A DNA stretch of 64,000 nt from NCBI GenBank assembly GCA_022605425.2, contig CM061251.1:186001-250000 (forward strand), written 5' to 3'. This DNA is from Hamiltosporidium tvaerminnensis FI-OER-3-3. Its lineage: Eukaryota; Fungi; Microsporidia. This document shows positions 35,641 through 46,512 of this stretch, in pieces. Position 1 is the stretch's first letter. Every line of letters begins with the position of its first letter. Made by a program: the position numbers and the translations under genes. The notes under the pieces were generated by a model. It made no database searches. It was given only the letters and a program-made list of their open reading frames with translations, and was not told where the DNA came from.

Positions 35641-35915
35641 GTAAATTTACTTTGATTATCTATTCATTTAAAGTTGAAAAAATCTTTACTATGAATCTTT
35701 TATATGAAGTCTAAAAGGCAATTAATACTTAAAAAAAATTACATTTTAAATTAAAAAAAACAGAATCTTGTTTTAAAAACATGTAATTGTAGATAATAAA
35801 TAAAATCTGATGGATACTAAAAAATCACAGGAAAAAGCATCATAAAATAATTATCTCTTAATGGTAAAAAATATACTCAGCAATACAACCTAAACCGAGC
35901 TTTTGTTGAATTGTA

Positions 35916-36778
35916 TGTCGTATTTCATATTGACTTCTCTTCTTATTCTGAATCCTTTGCTGAATTTTACCCTGACCAAAAGTAAAATCTAGCAGATCAT
36001 CGCATCTACTAAATCGTATGGAATCGCAAAAATGTCCGTATTTATTCTTTTTTAAATCGGTTTCAATATATATTTTGTGATAACTTAAAATTTTTAAATA
36101 AAAAAAACAATTTTAAACCGAAAAAAATTTAAATAAATTAAAAAAATATATTAAAACCGATTTAAAAAGAATAAAAAAAAGAAAACGAAAAAAATTATAA
36201 AAAATTATAAAAAAGAATGAATTAATAAAAATTAGAAAAATATTACGAAAAATTAGCATTAAATAATAAAAAAATTTTAAATTTTATTACTTTTTTTTTC
36301 TCTTTTTCTTTTTTTCTTTTATTCTAATTTTATTACATTTGTCTTCTCTTTTATTTTTTCTACTTTTCTTTTATTACTGACACTTTGTATTTTAAACCAA
36401 AGTCTAAAATTTGAAAATTTTAAAATATAAAGAAAAATAAGACATAAGTTACTAAAAATACAGTTTAAATCAAAGGGTTTCAAAAAAGTATATTATTTTC
36501 CTTTTATATACAGGCATGTACTCCAAATTATGTAGCTTAACAGAGAATATAATAAAGAACAACGATGGAATATAAGAAAATATCGAAAAAAAAATGAGTA
36601 AAAGATTAATAAGAAATTCTTCGAAACCCAAGCATTTAGAATATTATAATTTAATTGAAAAGAGGAAATTTTTAAATTTTACTTTTAAATACGAAGATAT
36701 TGATCAGGGGTCTGGGACAACGGCACTTTAATATAGCTTTTTTATTTCTTGACGGGAGAGGCAGAGTAAAATATGACA
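35916..36778. mobile_element. Non-coding TG...CA element, copy 2 (inverted relative to copy 1)
   Basis: Reverse complement of 8590-9527 over nearly its full length, e.g. CCCTGACCAAAAGTAAAATCTAGCAGATCATCGCA and GACGGGAGAGGCAGAGTAAAATATGACA. Confidence 0.85.
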
Positions 36779-37157
36779 ATAAATAAAGAAACTTCTGACA
36801 CGAAATTCTAATTTATTTATATATTTTAATTAACAAAAAAAAATTATTTGATATAAAAATCGCTCTTACAATCTTTTTAAAATAAAAAACGATCAAATAC
36901 CTAAAAAGCATTGGTTACGAACGCTAAAGAGATATAAATTTCAAGATTTAATACTTTCACATTTAAATGTAAATAAATATCAAATTATTAAAAAAGATAG
37001 CGAATACCAATTAGGGAAATATTTTTTAAGGAAAGTTTAGATTATTTTATAAAAATAATAAATAAAGTTTAAAATACTTTTTTTCTAATATTAAATAGAG
37101 AATTTTAAAAAAGTAAAATATTTATTTAAATTCGAATTACAATTTGTCTAATGGTCT

Positions 37158-37400
37158 AGATGTTAATACTTACAAGAGGCGGGTTCGGTTTCTGGTATTA
37201 TACACTCTTCTTTCTTTTAAATTAGAGAATTTCGTTAAGATGTTAATACTTACAAGAGGCGGGTTCGGTTTCTGGTATTATATACTCTTTTTTCTTTTAA
37301 ATTAGAGAATTTCGTTAAGATTTAATACTTACAAGAGGCGGGTTCGGTTTCTGGTATTATATACTCTTTTTTCTTTTAAATTAGAGAATTTCGTTGAGAT
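37158..37400. repeat. Three-copy 80-bp tandem repeat containing a tRNA T-arm-like motif
   Basis: Unit AGATGTTAATACTTACAAGAGGCGGGTTCGGTTTCTGGTATTATA...TTAGAGAATTTCGTTA x3 (80, 79 and ~80 bp). Confidence 0.92.
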
Positions 37401-39016
37401 AACAAACTAACCATTCAAAATAAATATATTTGAATATACTAAGTATAACAAAGCGGCTTAAATTTTCTCGTAGATTGTGTTTCATTTTAAGTAAAAGAAA
37501 CAAGCTAAATAAATATTTATTATAATTAAAGTAGTTAAAATATGGTAAAATGTTTACGAATAGTCTATAATATTTAAAAAAACATTTCAGGAAATCATAG
37601 ACAGGGGATATCCTTGTAAACTACCAATATAGGTGTAACTCGTCCGGAACTAGCTGATTCTTTTAATTAGATTATGTAGGACGTGTAGTATTTAGTCAAA
37701 GATAAGGTCCACATCAGACTAAGATGTAAAAAGCGACTGTGCCTATCTAGTTCTAGACTTAAAAGAGGCTCTTTGGTGTTGAGATGAAAGGCAAATGTAT
37801 GCATTTGTCCCTCTTGAATTACCTGTCATAAAAACACGAAATATTCACTGGTAGAACATAAATCATTAAGATTAAAACTGATAATAACCCGTACCTTGCA
37901 CCCATAATGGAAATACTGATGTTAAAAATAGGTTTGCAGTAGAAATAAAAGAGAATTTAGAAAAAAAATAACTGGCGAATTTATATAACTAAAATATAAA
38001 ACAGAAAACAACATCCAGGTTTAATATGTTGGGAATAGTAAGTTAGTAGTTCTTAGTGATTCCGAAAATTGTTCAATAAAAGAAACTTACGTTCATGCTC
38101 TAAATGGTTTCCGTTACATTCAAGACGAAATATTATATACGATACAGACACAAAGCCATCATCGTTTAAATTATTAAAATTTAGTAAAAAATTTGGTAAT
38201 AAAGACTGAAAACGTTTTTGATTTACTGTACTTAATGTCATTAGTAGATCATAAGGCTATTTTTTTTAGTTTTTTATCAATAAATATAAGTTGATTTTCA
38301 TAACGAAATAGAGTTACTCGGTTGAAAAAATGAATATAAAGAAAAACGAAATAAACCTTCATAAAAACCGAACTTAAAATATGGAATAATAACTTGAAAA
38401 TGTTTTTCTTGGATATTAAATAAAATTTTCTACTAATAGAAGTTGTGGTGAATTGACAAGATTCGCTTCGAATTTTTGAAACCAAAATCTAAGGAAGTAT
38501 ATTTTTTAGTCTAAGCAGCGGGGTTTTTTTCATAAATGTATTGTTAGATAATTCATGTATGTAATTTGAGATGTTATTGTAACTAGATTCTATAAAATTT
38601 ATCCCACAAAGATTTAAATTTCAGTAGAACGGAGAAAGCCTTCAGTCATTGGTATTCAAAAAACGGTCAAACAATGTATCTTGGTTAAACAAAGAGTCTA
38701 GCTCAAGATAAAAAGCTTATTACTGCCAGTAAAAGACGTCATGAATGAAATACAAGGGCGTAAGAATACGAAAAACACGTACGTTACTAGTTATAGACTT
38801 CAATAAGAAATAAGGTACTAAACCAACAAATACCAAAATTAATGAACATAAACATACGAGCAAGACAGAAATCAAAAAAATTGACCCAAAAAGTAGAAAA
38901 GGCGTAAAATATAAAGGACAGATGAAATGAAATTCTAAAGAGGTAGAAAAATGCAAGCAAAAAAAGAACATAAAATTTACCGAAAAAATAACTTTTATTT
39001 TACTTTTTTTAAAAAA

Positions 39017-40864
39017 TTAATTTTTTAATTTTCTTTTTAAATAAGAGGTATTTTTACGAATAGATTTGTTATACCGTGTTATTCTATTAAAAAACGACAT
39101 TTTATGGTTTTCTTCGAAAACTCGATTCAAAATTTTTAATTCAGTAGTTCTACTGCAAATATTTTTAAATGGATTCAATTTTAAGAATTTTCTCGACATT
39201 TCTTCAATCCTATTAAAGATTGTAGGATAGTCCAAAGTACAGTCGTTTCTATACATATAAAAAATAAGATTTAAATAATCAATTATATTAAAAAGCGACG
39301 TTTCAAAATCCTTGTTTTCTGATGATGCATTCTCAATGTAAAGAAATACTATAGAATATAAAAAATTATAGTAGGTAAATAATATATGCACATTTGACCT
39401 GGGATGTAATATTAGCATAGATTTATTTTCGTCAAAAAAATTAATATTATCCATAAATTCAGGAATCATTTCAAGGTTTTCTTGTTTAACTTGATCTGAA
39501 ATATTATCGAGCGAGCAAACTAGTTCCTGTATTGCATAATTAAAAATTAATAAACGTTCAAAATATTTATTAGTATATAAAATTTCAATGTTAGTCTTTT
39601 GCCCACCTTGTAATTCTTTGTATGAGTCTTCAACAATAAATATAAGCAAAAATGTAGGAAATATTGAGTTGAAATTCAGAAAATTATATGAATTTTTCGA
39701 TTCGAACATTAAATTTAAAACGGACTCAAACTGGGGAAACAAATGAAATATTTTCTTGCGAGAATTAATAGAAAATATTCGTCTTAAGAATTTTGAAACA
39801 ATTAGATTCATTTTTGATATATCAGATTTAAAGTCTTCAATATTGTATATATTTATTTCTACGAACAAAGAGATATGTTGCTTCAGATATATAAGAAAAT
39901 CCTTAACAATTTCCTCTGCATATATACCAAGGATTATTTCTTCGAAATTCATTAAAAGATTTTTTTTGTCAATCTTATTGAGCTCTTCCAATAGTTTTTG
40001 CAGCCAAAAGAATATTAAATTTAAATTATTATTTTCAAACGTCTTGTCTTTTAAAAATGCTTTTGAATTACATATACTTTTAGCCAAATTTAAATTTGGT
40101 TTTTTTTTTAGAATTTCAGATATTTTTGATAAAAAATATTCGTGTTTTTTATCATCATTAAAGTCATATATTCTTTCTATTTCTTCTTCATTAGAAGAAA
40201 GAAAGTCGTCGACTGTTTCAGTTTTATCATCATTAAAGTCATATATTCTTTCTATTTCTTCTTCATTAGAAGAAAGAAAGTCGTCGACTGTTTCAGTTTT
40301 ATCATCATTAAAGTCATATATTCTTTCTATTTCTTCTTCATTAGAAGAAAGATAGTCGTCGACTGTTTCAGTTTTATCATCATTAAAGTCATATATTCTT
40401 TCTATTTCTTCTTCATTAGAAGAAAGATAGTCGTCGACTGTTTCAGTTTTATCATCATTAAAGTCATATATTCTTTCTATTTCTTCTTCATTAGAAGAAA
40501 GATAGTCGTCGACTGTTTCAGTTTTATTATGTTTAAATTCCAAACATTTTTCCTTTTTAATTTGATACATTTTTTCCATATCCGAACTGCCAATATATTT
40601 TCCCTCTTTTTTATTTCGCCATACTAATACGTTATTTTTGCTCAATGAGAGAATAGAAGGTGTTTTATTGTCATCAACACCAGTATTTTTACTAAATCGA
40701 TTATTTTTTATATACGTTTCGAGTGGTTTAATTTCGTTAATATTATCTATATATGGTGTTTGTCGAATTCTTCTATATTCTAAGAATCTTTTTCTTCTGA
40801 TTACCGTAGTATTTGAACTCAATAGAAACAATGGTAAAACGATTGGTAAAAACAAATGCTTCAT
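39017..40864 (-). CDS. Secreted lineage-specific family protein, paralog C (615 aa), with five 25-aa acidic repeats
   Basis: Signal-peptide-like MKHLFLPIVLPLFLLSS, (KTETVDD[Y/F]LSSNEEEIERIYDFNDD)x5, and the family blocks HEYFLSKISEIL, FPQF, YFERLLI and LFTYYNF. Confidence 0.9.
   Translation of the reverse strand: MKHLFLPIVLPLFLLSSNTTVIRRKRFLEYRRIRQTPYIDNINEIKPLETYIKNNRFSKNTGVDDNKTPSILSLSKNNVLVWRNKKEGKYIGSSDMEKMYQIKKEKCLEFKHNKTETVDDYLSSNEEEIERIYDFNDDKTETVDDYLSSNEEEIERIYDFNDDKTETVDDYLSSNEEEIERIYDFNDDKTETVDDFLSSNEEEIERIYDFNDDKTETVDDFLSSNEEEIERIYDFNDDKKHEYFLSKISEILKKKPNLNLAKSICNSKAFLKDKTFENNNLNLIFFWLQKLLEELNKIDKKNLLMNFEEIILGIYAEEIVKDFLIYLKQHISLFVEINIYNIEDFKSDISKMNLIVSKFLRRIFSINSRKKIFHLFPQFESVLNLMFESKNSYNFLNFNSIFPTFLLIFIVEDSYKELQGGQKTNIEILYTNKYFERLLIFNYAIQELVCSLDNISDQVKQENLEMIPEFMDNINFFDENKSMLILHPRSNVHILFTYYNFLYSIVFLYIENASSENKDFETSLFNIIDYLNLIFYMYRNDCTLDYPTIFNRIEEMSRKFLKLNPFKNICSRTTELKILNRVFEENHKMSFFNRITRYNKSIRKNTSYLKRKLKN
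40148..40527. repeat. Coding minisatellite, 5 x 75 bp
   Basis: Five near-identical 75-bp units that differ at one base (Tyr vs Phe codon). Confidence 0.97.
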
Positions 40865-41629
40865 ATGGTTTACTTTGAAATTTTATTTAAATAGATGATT
40901 TTTTTTAAAATTTGCTATAATTAGATTGAATACTTGATTGACATTAAAAATTTTTATTTTTTTACAAAAAAAATAAGTTGACGGTTTTGAATTTAAAGTT
41001 TTATGATTTTATTTTATTTTGAATAGTGACTTTTGTAGTCTATATAAATCTTTTTCTAGAATTTCAAAAAGAAATTTTATCAAAATTTTACAGCTAGATC
41101 TTAAAAAAATGTCGGTTATATACTACAACAGAAAAATATAATGTTTCAAATAAATCTAACTTATTATTCTAAAGTAAAAATAGGTTTAGTTTCAATTGCT
41201 GTATTTTCTAATCGTTCTGCCATAATATATATCAAATAAAAAAATTACAGAAAATATTTTATAAATTTCTAAAAAATAATACAAAGATAAAAAAATTTTA
41301 CAATTGATTAAGCTTCTTTTCTACATATTTAGATTTTTTTTACATTTTTAATCGTAGATTTTTATACTTTTATTCATAATATAACTTTTAGGCTAATAAT
41401 ATAGTTTATATTTCAAACTAATTTATTTTTGAACAAAATATTTCTTGTCCAAAATATATTTAGATATTAACGAGAAACTGCCACTCTTTTGGTATAATTT
41501 GGCGCTTTTAAACACTTGGGTATAATGAAGGTTTGCAAAAAAAAAAGAATAATCCGATTTTGAAAGTACAACTGAAGAATATATTAAGAGTTAAAAATTC
41601 TAATCCCTAATATAAAGCAAGAAAATTAT

Positions 41630-42800
41630 TTTATGCAATTAATGAATATGTGTTCGTTAGTTAACAATCATTTAGGAGTACCTCGACTTGAACTGGCAGA
41701 TTTCCAGGATTGAATGATGTGGTGGCCAATTTTGGTTAAAATAAAGTACAATTCAAATTAGAATATGAAAATAGTTTGTACTTACCGAGATCTAAAATTA
41801 GAAGAGGCTCGTATAGTGTTGAATTGCAAAGCGAACATATATTTTTGAAATTCTTGGATTCTCTGGAATGAAATATTCCCTAAAAATATCGGCAATCACA
41901 AAGGTACAAACAAAATAAAATCCATCCTGCACGCGTAAAAAAGCTTTATACAATTATAATCCAGGAGAGGATATTTAAAGAAAATTTTGCACAAAAATTC
42001 AACCAGCGACTATGTAAAAAAACAGAAAATGTTTTTTTAAAAATTATATATAAACCGTAAATAATGAGTTTTTTGGCACTTCTACTCTCCAAATGATTCA
42101 AATTAAGATTTTTAAACTACTTTTGGAAAAGGTTTTTTTTAATTTAGAGTATTGATGTATATCTGGATGTAATATTTAAAAGCAGCACTGTAGAACCCCG
42201 TTAAAATATATAGAAACTAATAAAAATGCCCTAAATGAAATATAAAATAATTTCAAATTTAAATAATCAAATTTAAGTAATCGTTTGAATCGAAATAAAT
42301 TCAAGTCAGCTCATAGAACAGTATAAAAGACCATTAGGCTAGAGAAAAAAACGATTATGAATAGATTAATGCTGCTATTATAAGAGACAATACAAATTGC
42401 GAAATAATAACCTTTAGATATTAAAAATTGCAAGAAAATAAGATATGACACGAGCAACCTGGAATTACTTGACAAGACTTGCTGAAAATTGATAAATTTA
42501 AAAATAATCAAATAACTACTAAATCTTAGCACATATTAGGTTTTTTAGATATACGATGGTTCTAGATTATTCCCTATACGGATTATTGACATGGTTTGTT
42601 AGAAATATCTTAAAATTTACTTTAAGAACGCCTGAAGTCAGAAATAACAGGGAATTATACTTAGTAATGGTGTTAAAGATGGCATTTAAAACAATTTCAT
42701 ATTATCAATGAAAAAAAAATGTGAAAGCTAAATCCGGATGAAACCGGAGTAATATACAGTTATGCCACATTATAATAAAAAAAAACGAGAATCCATACTC
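41630..42800 (+). mobile_element. Old, highly decayed fragment of the same R4/Dong-like LINE family
   Basis: GGAGTACCTCGACTTGAACTGGCAGATTTC and TACTTACCGAGATCTAAAATTAGAAGAGGCTCGTATAGTGTTGAATTGCAAAGCGAACATAT align with GVLRLEPADF and LYLPRTELGRGLHSVELRSEHM. Right end approximate. Confidence 0.75.
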
Positions 42801-42954
42801 CACTTACACATACAATGAAATATGTGTTAAAAGAACGAAAAATATTGAACCAAAAAATTTCAATAAAAAAATAAAAATCTTGCATTTGACTCAAAATATA
42901 AAATTAGTTCAAATATAAAAAAGAACGAACAAATAAAACCGACAAAGGGGGTAA

Positions 42955-43165
42955 AATAAATCAAAAAAAACCAAGAGATTCTTTCTTTTGTGAAATTCAA
43001 TAAATAAGAAACTTAAATTTTTCTAAATTTAAATACAAAAATGTTTATAAATAAATCAAAAAAAAACCAAGAAATTCTTTCTTTGATGTAATTCAATAAA
43101 TAAGAAACTTAAATTTTTCTAAATTTAAATACAAAAATATTTATAAATAAATCAAAAAAAAATAC
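42955..43165. repeat. Tandem duplication (period ~96 bp) of the RPL32 3' flank
   Basis: ATTCAATAAATAAGAAACTTAAATTTTTCTAAATTTAAATACAAAAAT at 42995 and 43091. AAATAAATCAAAAAAAA occurs three times. Confidence 0.9.
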
Positions 43166-43178
43166 TAAATAAATTCTT

Positions 43179-43604
43179 TTATTCCTTTCCCTCACTGACC
43201 AATCTTGCATCCTTATTAAGTACCAATATATCCAATTCATTAGCACGACACACAATTTCAATACGTTTCTTTGCACCCACTTCATGTGCAATCTGTGCAC
43301 AATAAAACCTATTTAAAGAAGTAAGAGCTTCTAAATCTTTAATATTTGAAACAATTACTTTTTTATAACTATTTGGTAAAATATGTCTGATAATGTTGTC
43401 AGATTTATATCCCTTACTAGGCATACGTAAATAACCACGTAGTTTCTTACGTACTGGGTTATCTATACCTCTAGGTTTACGCCATGAAGAACTTATACGT
43501 TTGTGACGGTCAGATTGAAATCGTTTAAAGACATATTTTGTCTTTTTTTGTTTTGTAAATTCTACTAACGGTTTTGACACTAAAATTAGAAAATGTGACT
43601 TACT
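43179..43604 (-). CDS. RPL32: 60S ribosomal protein eL32; ATG split by a 24-nt intron (exon 1 coding base 43604, exon 2 43579-43179)
   Basis: FKRFQSDRHKRI, WRKPRGIDN and YCAQIAHEV motifs. The listed ORF starts at GTG. The minus strand reads ACCCATAAAAAA|GTAAGT...CTAATTTTAG|TGTCAAAA, and splicing gives A+TG. Confidence 0.95.
   Translation of the reverse strand, partial: SKSHFLILVSKPLVEFTKQKKTKYVFKRFQSDRHKRISSSWRKPRGIDNPVRKKLRGYLRMPSKGYKSDNIIRHILPNSYKKVIVSNIKDLEALTSLNRFYCAQIAHEVGAKKRIEIVCRANELDILVLNKDARLVSEGKE
43580..43603 (-). other. 24-nt spliceosomal intron within the RPL32 start codon
   Basis: GTAAGTCACATTTTCTAATTTTAG has a canonical 5' site GTAAGT, branch point CTAAT and 3' TAG. Removal restores ATG in frame. 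Confidence 0.9.
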
Positions 43605-43930
43605 TTTTTATGGGTAAAAATAAAAAGAAGTAAAAAAAGAAGTGAATGATTTAAAAAAAAATGAAGAAAGATTGGGGAGGGATAAATAATAAATATAGTG
43701 GGAGTGATTAAATGGGATGTAAAAATAAAGAGTGAGGGGTTAAATAAATAAAAGATTTTTTACTAAAAAGCGGTATAAAAATTTAATAAATTATTTTTTT
43801 AAAGAATATTTTATTATAAAGCTTGTTTTTAACAATATAAGGACATAAAATAATGTAAAGAGAATAAAAGATAAATAAAATATTTAAAATGTTAAATGGA
43901 ATCTTATAAGTGGTTTATAATTTAAAATAC

Positions 43931-44065
43931 TTTCTATCTCAATTCTTCTGAATAATATTTTTTCTAAGTACATTTGTGTTTCTAATTCTTAATTTAAGTT
44001 TTTTTCTATCTCAATTCTTCTAAATAATATTTTTTCTAGGTACATTTATGTTTATAATTCTTGAT
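43931..44065. repeat. Two-copy tandem duplication, period 72 bp
   Basis: TTTCTATCTCAATTCTTCTRAATAATATTTTTTCTARGTACATTT at 43931 and 44003. Confidence 0.85.
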
Positions 44066-44198
44066 TTATCTTACTCTTACATATCTTTTTATTAAAAAAA
44101 ATTTCTTAATTCTATCTCGGGTTTTTAATACCTCTCCTATCTTAGTTTCTATAACAATTTTTTATTAAAAAAATATTTTATTACACACACTTTGTTTT

Positions 44199-45029
44199 CT
44201 AACTTCTATTCTCCAATTCATTATTTTTTTCTTTACAAAATATTCCTTGAATCCACACACGTAACATTTCTAATTTCTTTTTACGATTAATCAATAATCT
44301 TTTATCTTTAAAAAGTGAAAGAACATTGAAATAATTATTACTAAATAAAGAATGTATTTCTTCTACTTCAAAGAAATAAGCAAGTGTACCATCACCTCGT
44401 TTATACAAATTCTTATTTAAAACTTGATTTGGTTTAAATCTTAATTGTGCTAAATCCATATGACAATAATCTTTAAAATATATTTTACCGTTCGGTGAAA
44501 GAGAACGAGAAAGTTTGGAAATAATATTTTGGTGAAAAGATGGATGAATAGAAGAAAGAGTAAAAATAAGAAGAATAGCATCAAAATTGGAATATGGCAG
44601 TTCTTCTGTACTTGTTATGTCATGGAGAAAGAATGTTATTTGAGATGAAGAATTCTTTTTGGCGTGTGTGAGTGCATTTATAGAAAAATCACATGCGTAT
44701 ATTTCTTTGGTGGTATCTTGTAAATGAATAAGTGAACTTCCTGTTCCACATCCTATTTCAAGAATCCGTTGAGTCGAATCTGAAAATATTTCGGGAAATT
44801 CTAATATTAGCCAGTTTCGCGGCTTAAAAAATAAATTTTTATGATTTTTGTAAAAAATGTCCCATCTTTTCATCGTACTTTCTTTTTCTGTGTCTTTAGG
44901 TGGTAAAGAATTGTCTCTGTTTACTTTTTCGATTGCTTTAATTAAATCTTCACCTTCTAGTTCTACATTGTCCCATGAATTATATCCATATTTGTCTTTT
45001 TCATCCGTTAAACTCCGTGATCTGAACAT
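44199..45029 (-). CDS. tRNA m3C32 methyltransferase, Trm140/METTL2/METTL6 family (276 aa)
   Basis: WDIFYKNH..FFKPRNWL..EFPE, ILEIGCGTG, YACDFS, IFTLSSIHP, FKDYCHMDLAQLRF, YKRGDGT and RVWIQG motifs. Start moved to ATG 45029, which follows GCCCTTT. Confidence 0.92.
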   Translation of the reverse strand: MFRSRSLTDEKDKYGYNSWDNVELEGEDLIKAIEKVNRDNSLPPKDTEKESTMKRWDIFYKNHKNLFFKPRNWLILEFPEIFSDSTQRILEIGCGTGSSLIHLQDTTKEIYACDFSINALTHAKKNSSSQITFFLHDITSTEELPYSNFDAILLIFTLSSIHPSFHQNIISKLSRSLSPNGKIYFKDYCHMDLAQLRFKPNQVLNKNLYKRGDGTLAYFFEVEEIHSLFSNNYFNVLSLFKDKRLLINRKKKLEMLRVWIQGIFCKEKNNELENRS

Positions 45030-45813
45030 AAAAGGGCTGTAAATACATTTATTATCTAAAAAATCACATTTTTTTTTATTTTTATAAATCTTCCAATCGT
45101 ATTTCAAATATATCTTTACTGTAAACTATTAGATTCTTAAAACGAATATAAAATATTTTTTAATCCAAGAAATAGTTATTATTACTTATATGTTGGTGAT
45201 TTAAAAACGTTTAACATAGTTTAGATTCTATATATTATAAAATAGAGTCAATACAGCTAGAATATTATTTCCTGTAAAGAGTTTTAAAAATTCTATTTTC
45301 ATTTTGGTTAATACAGTTTTTTAAATTCAAAAGAAGATTTTATTAAAATATTTTTTATAACCAAGTAAGTTTTAAAATTTACATAAAAATTTTACAGTTA
45401 TGTATTTCTATAAGTAATCTAAACAAACTGTTTCTTAATTTATTTTATCTTCATTTTACTCTTAAATACATATAAAAAGAAGTCTTTCTAATTTAAGTTC
45501 TATTTATTATTAATTTACTATTAACAATATTTTCTTTTATATTTTATTTCTCTTCTTCTAATTTAATTTTTACTTTTTTTTACTTTTCTCTTATATTTAC
45601 TATTAATAATATTTTATTTTTAATTTTTTACTTTTTCTTCTAATTTTTACTTTTTTTTACTTTTCTCTTATATTTACTATCAAAATATTTTATTTTTAAT
45701 TTTATTTCTCTTCTTCTAATTTTTTACTTTTTTCTAATTTTTCTAATTTTTACTTTTCTCTTATATTTACTATTAATAATACTTCCTTTACTTCTTCTTT
45801 TACTTAAATAGCC

Positions 45814-46212
45814 ATGTTAAAAAGAATATTACAACGTATAAATAATCCTTTATTATTTTTTAAAAAAGTACCTAAATATGTTCTAATAATAGACAATTAT
45901 AATACTTTTACATATGATTTATTATTAAAAATGAAATGTATATTACAAATAGAAAAGTTAAAAGTACTGGTTGATAAAGAAAAAAATGAATTTGATTTGG
46001 AAAATAGTAAATATAATATAAATTATTTTTATGATAATACTTTATTACCTGATATGATTATATTGTGTAATGATATTTTTTCTTTTAAAATAGAAAATCC
46101 TTTATTGTTGAGTAGAGCTGAAATATGGTTTAGTAGGTATAAATTGAATGAAAATACTTTTTATCAGGCTTATTGGCATTATTCTGATTGTGAAATAAGA
46201 AATGGGGTGTAA
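45814..46212 (+). CDS. NUS1: Highly reduced Nus1/NgBR-like cis-prenyltransferase subunit (132 aa)
   Basis: KVPKYV (cf. KLP.H), LPDMII (cf. .PDL..), RAEIWF (cf. R.TEI) and C-terminal YSDCEIRNGV, which carries the RxG tail typical of Nus1/NgBR (CEQR.GK). Confidence 0.62.
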   Translation: MLKRILQRINNPLLFFKKVPKYVLIIDNYNTFTYDLLLKMKCILQIEKLKVLVDKEKNEFDLENSKYNINYFYDNTLLPDMIILCNDIFSFKIENPLLLSRAEIWFSRYKLNENTFYQAYWHYSDCEIRNGV

Positions 46213-46249
46213 AGATATATTTATAGCAATAAAAATATTAGTGACTTGT

Positions 46250-46512
46250 GTTTATATTTCTTATACTTCTTTGTATTTTTTATATTTCTTTGTATTTTTT
46301 ATATTTCTTTGTATTTTTTTACTTCTTTGTATTTTTTATACTTCTTTGGATTTTTTATACTTCTTTGTATTTTTTATACTTCTTTGTATTTTTTATATTT
46401 CTTAATACTTCTAATACTTCTTATACTTCTAATATTTCTTATACTTCTAATATTTCTTATATTTCTTATATTTCTAATATTTCTTATACTTCTAATACTT
46501 CTTATACTTCTT
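46250..46512. repeat. Low-complexity 9/24-bp period repeat downstream of NUS1
   Basis: (TATACTTCTTTGTATTTTT)n grading into (TAATACTTC/TTATATTTC)n. Confidence 0.9.

Noticed and set aside
37600-38000. GC-richer patch suggesting TE debris (also ~560-900 and ~49500-50300)
   Set aside because: I could not recover convincing protein motifs in any frame by eye.
40148-40527. CRISPR-like appearance of regular repeats (also 15347-15485, 37158-37400, 46634-46912)
   Set aside because: The units are contiguous with no unique spacers, there are no cas genes, and the context is eukaryotic.
39756-40898. Plus-strand ORFs of 199, 161 and 86 aa (similarly 10987-11520, 15530-18983, 52093-52431, 59220-59792)
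   Set aside because: They are antisense shadows of real genes or of the LINE ORF on the opposite strand.
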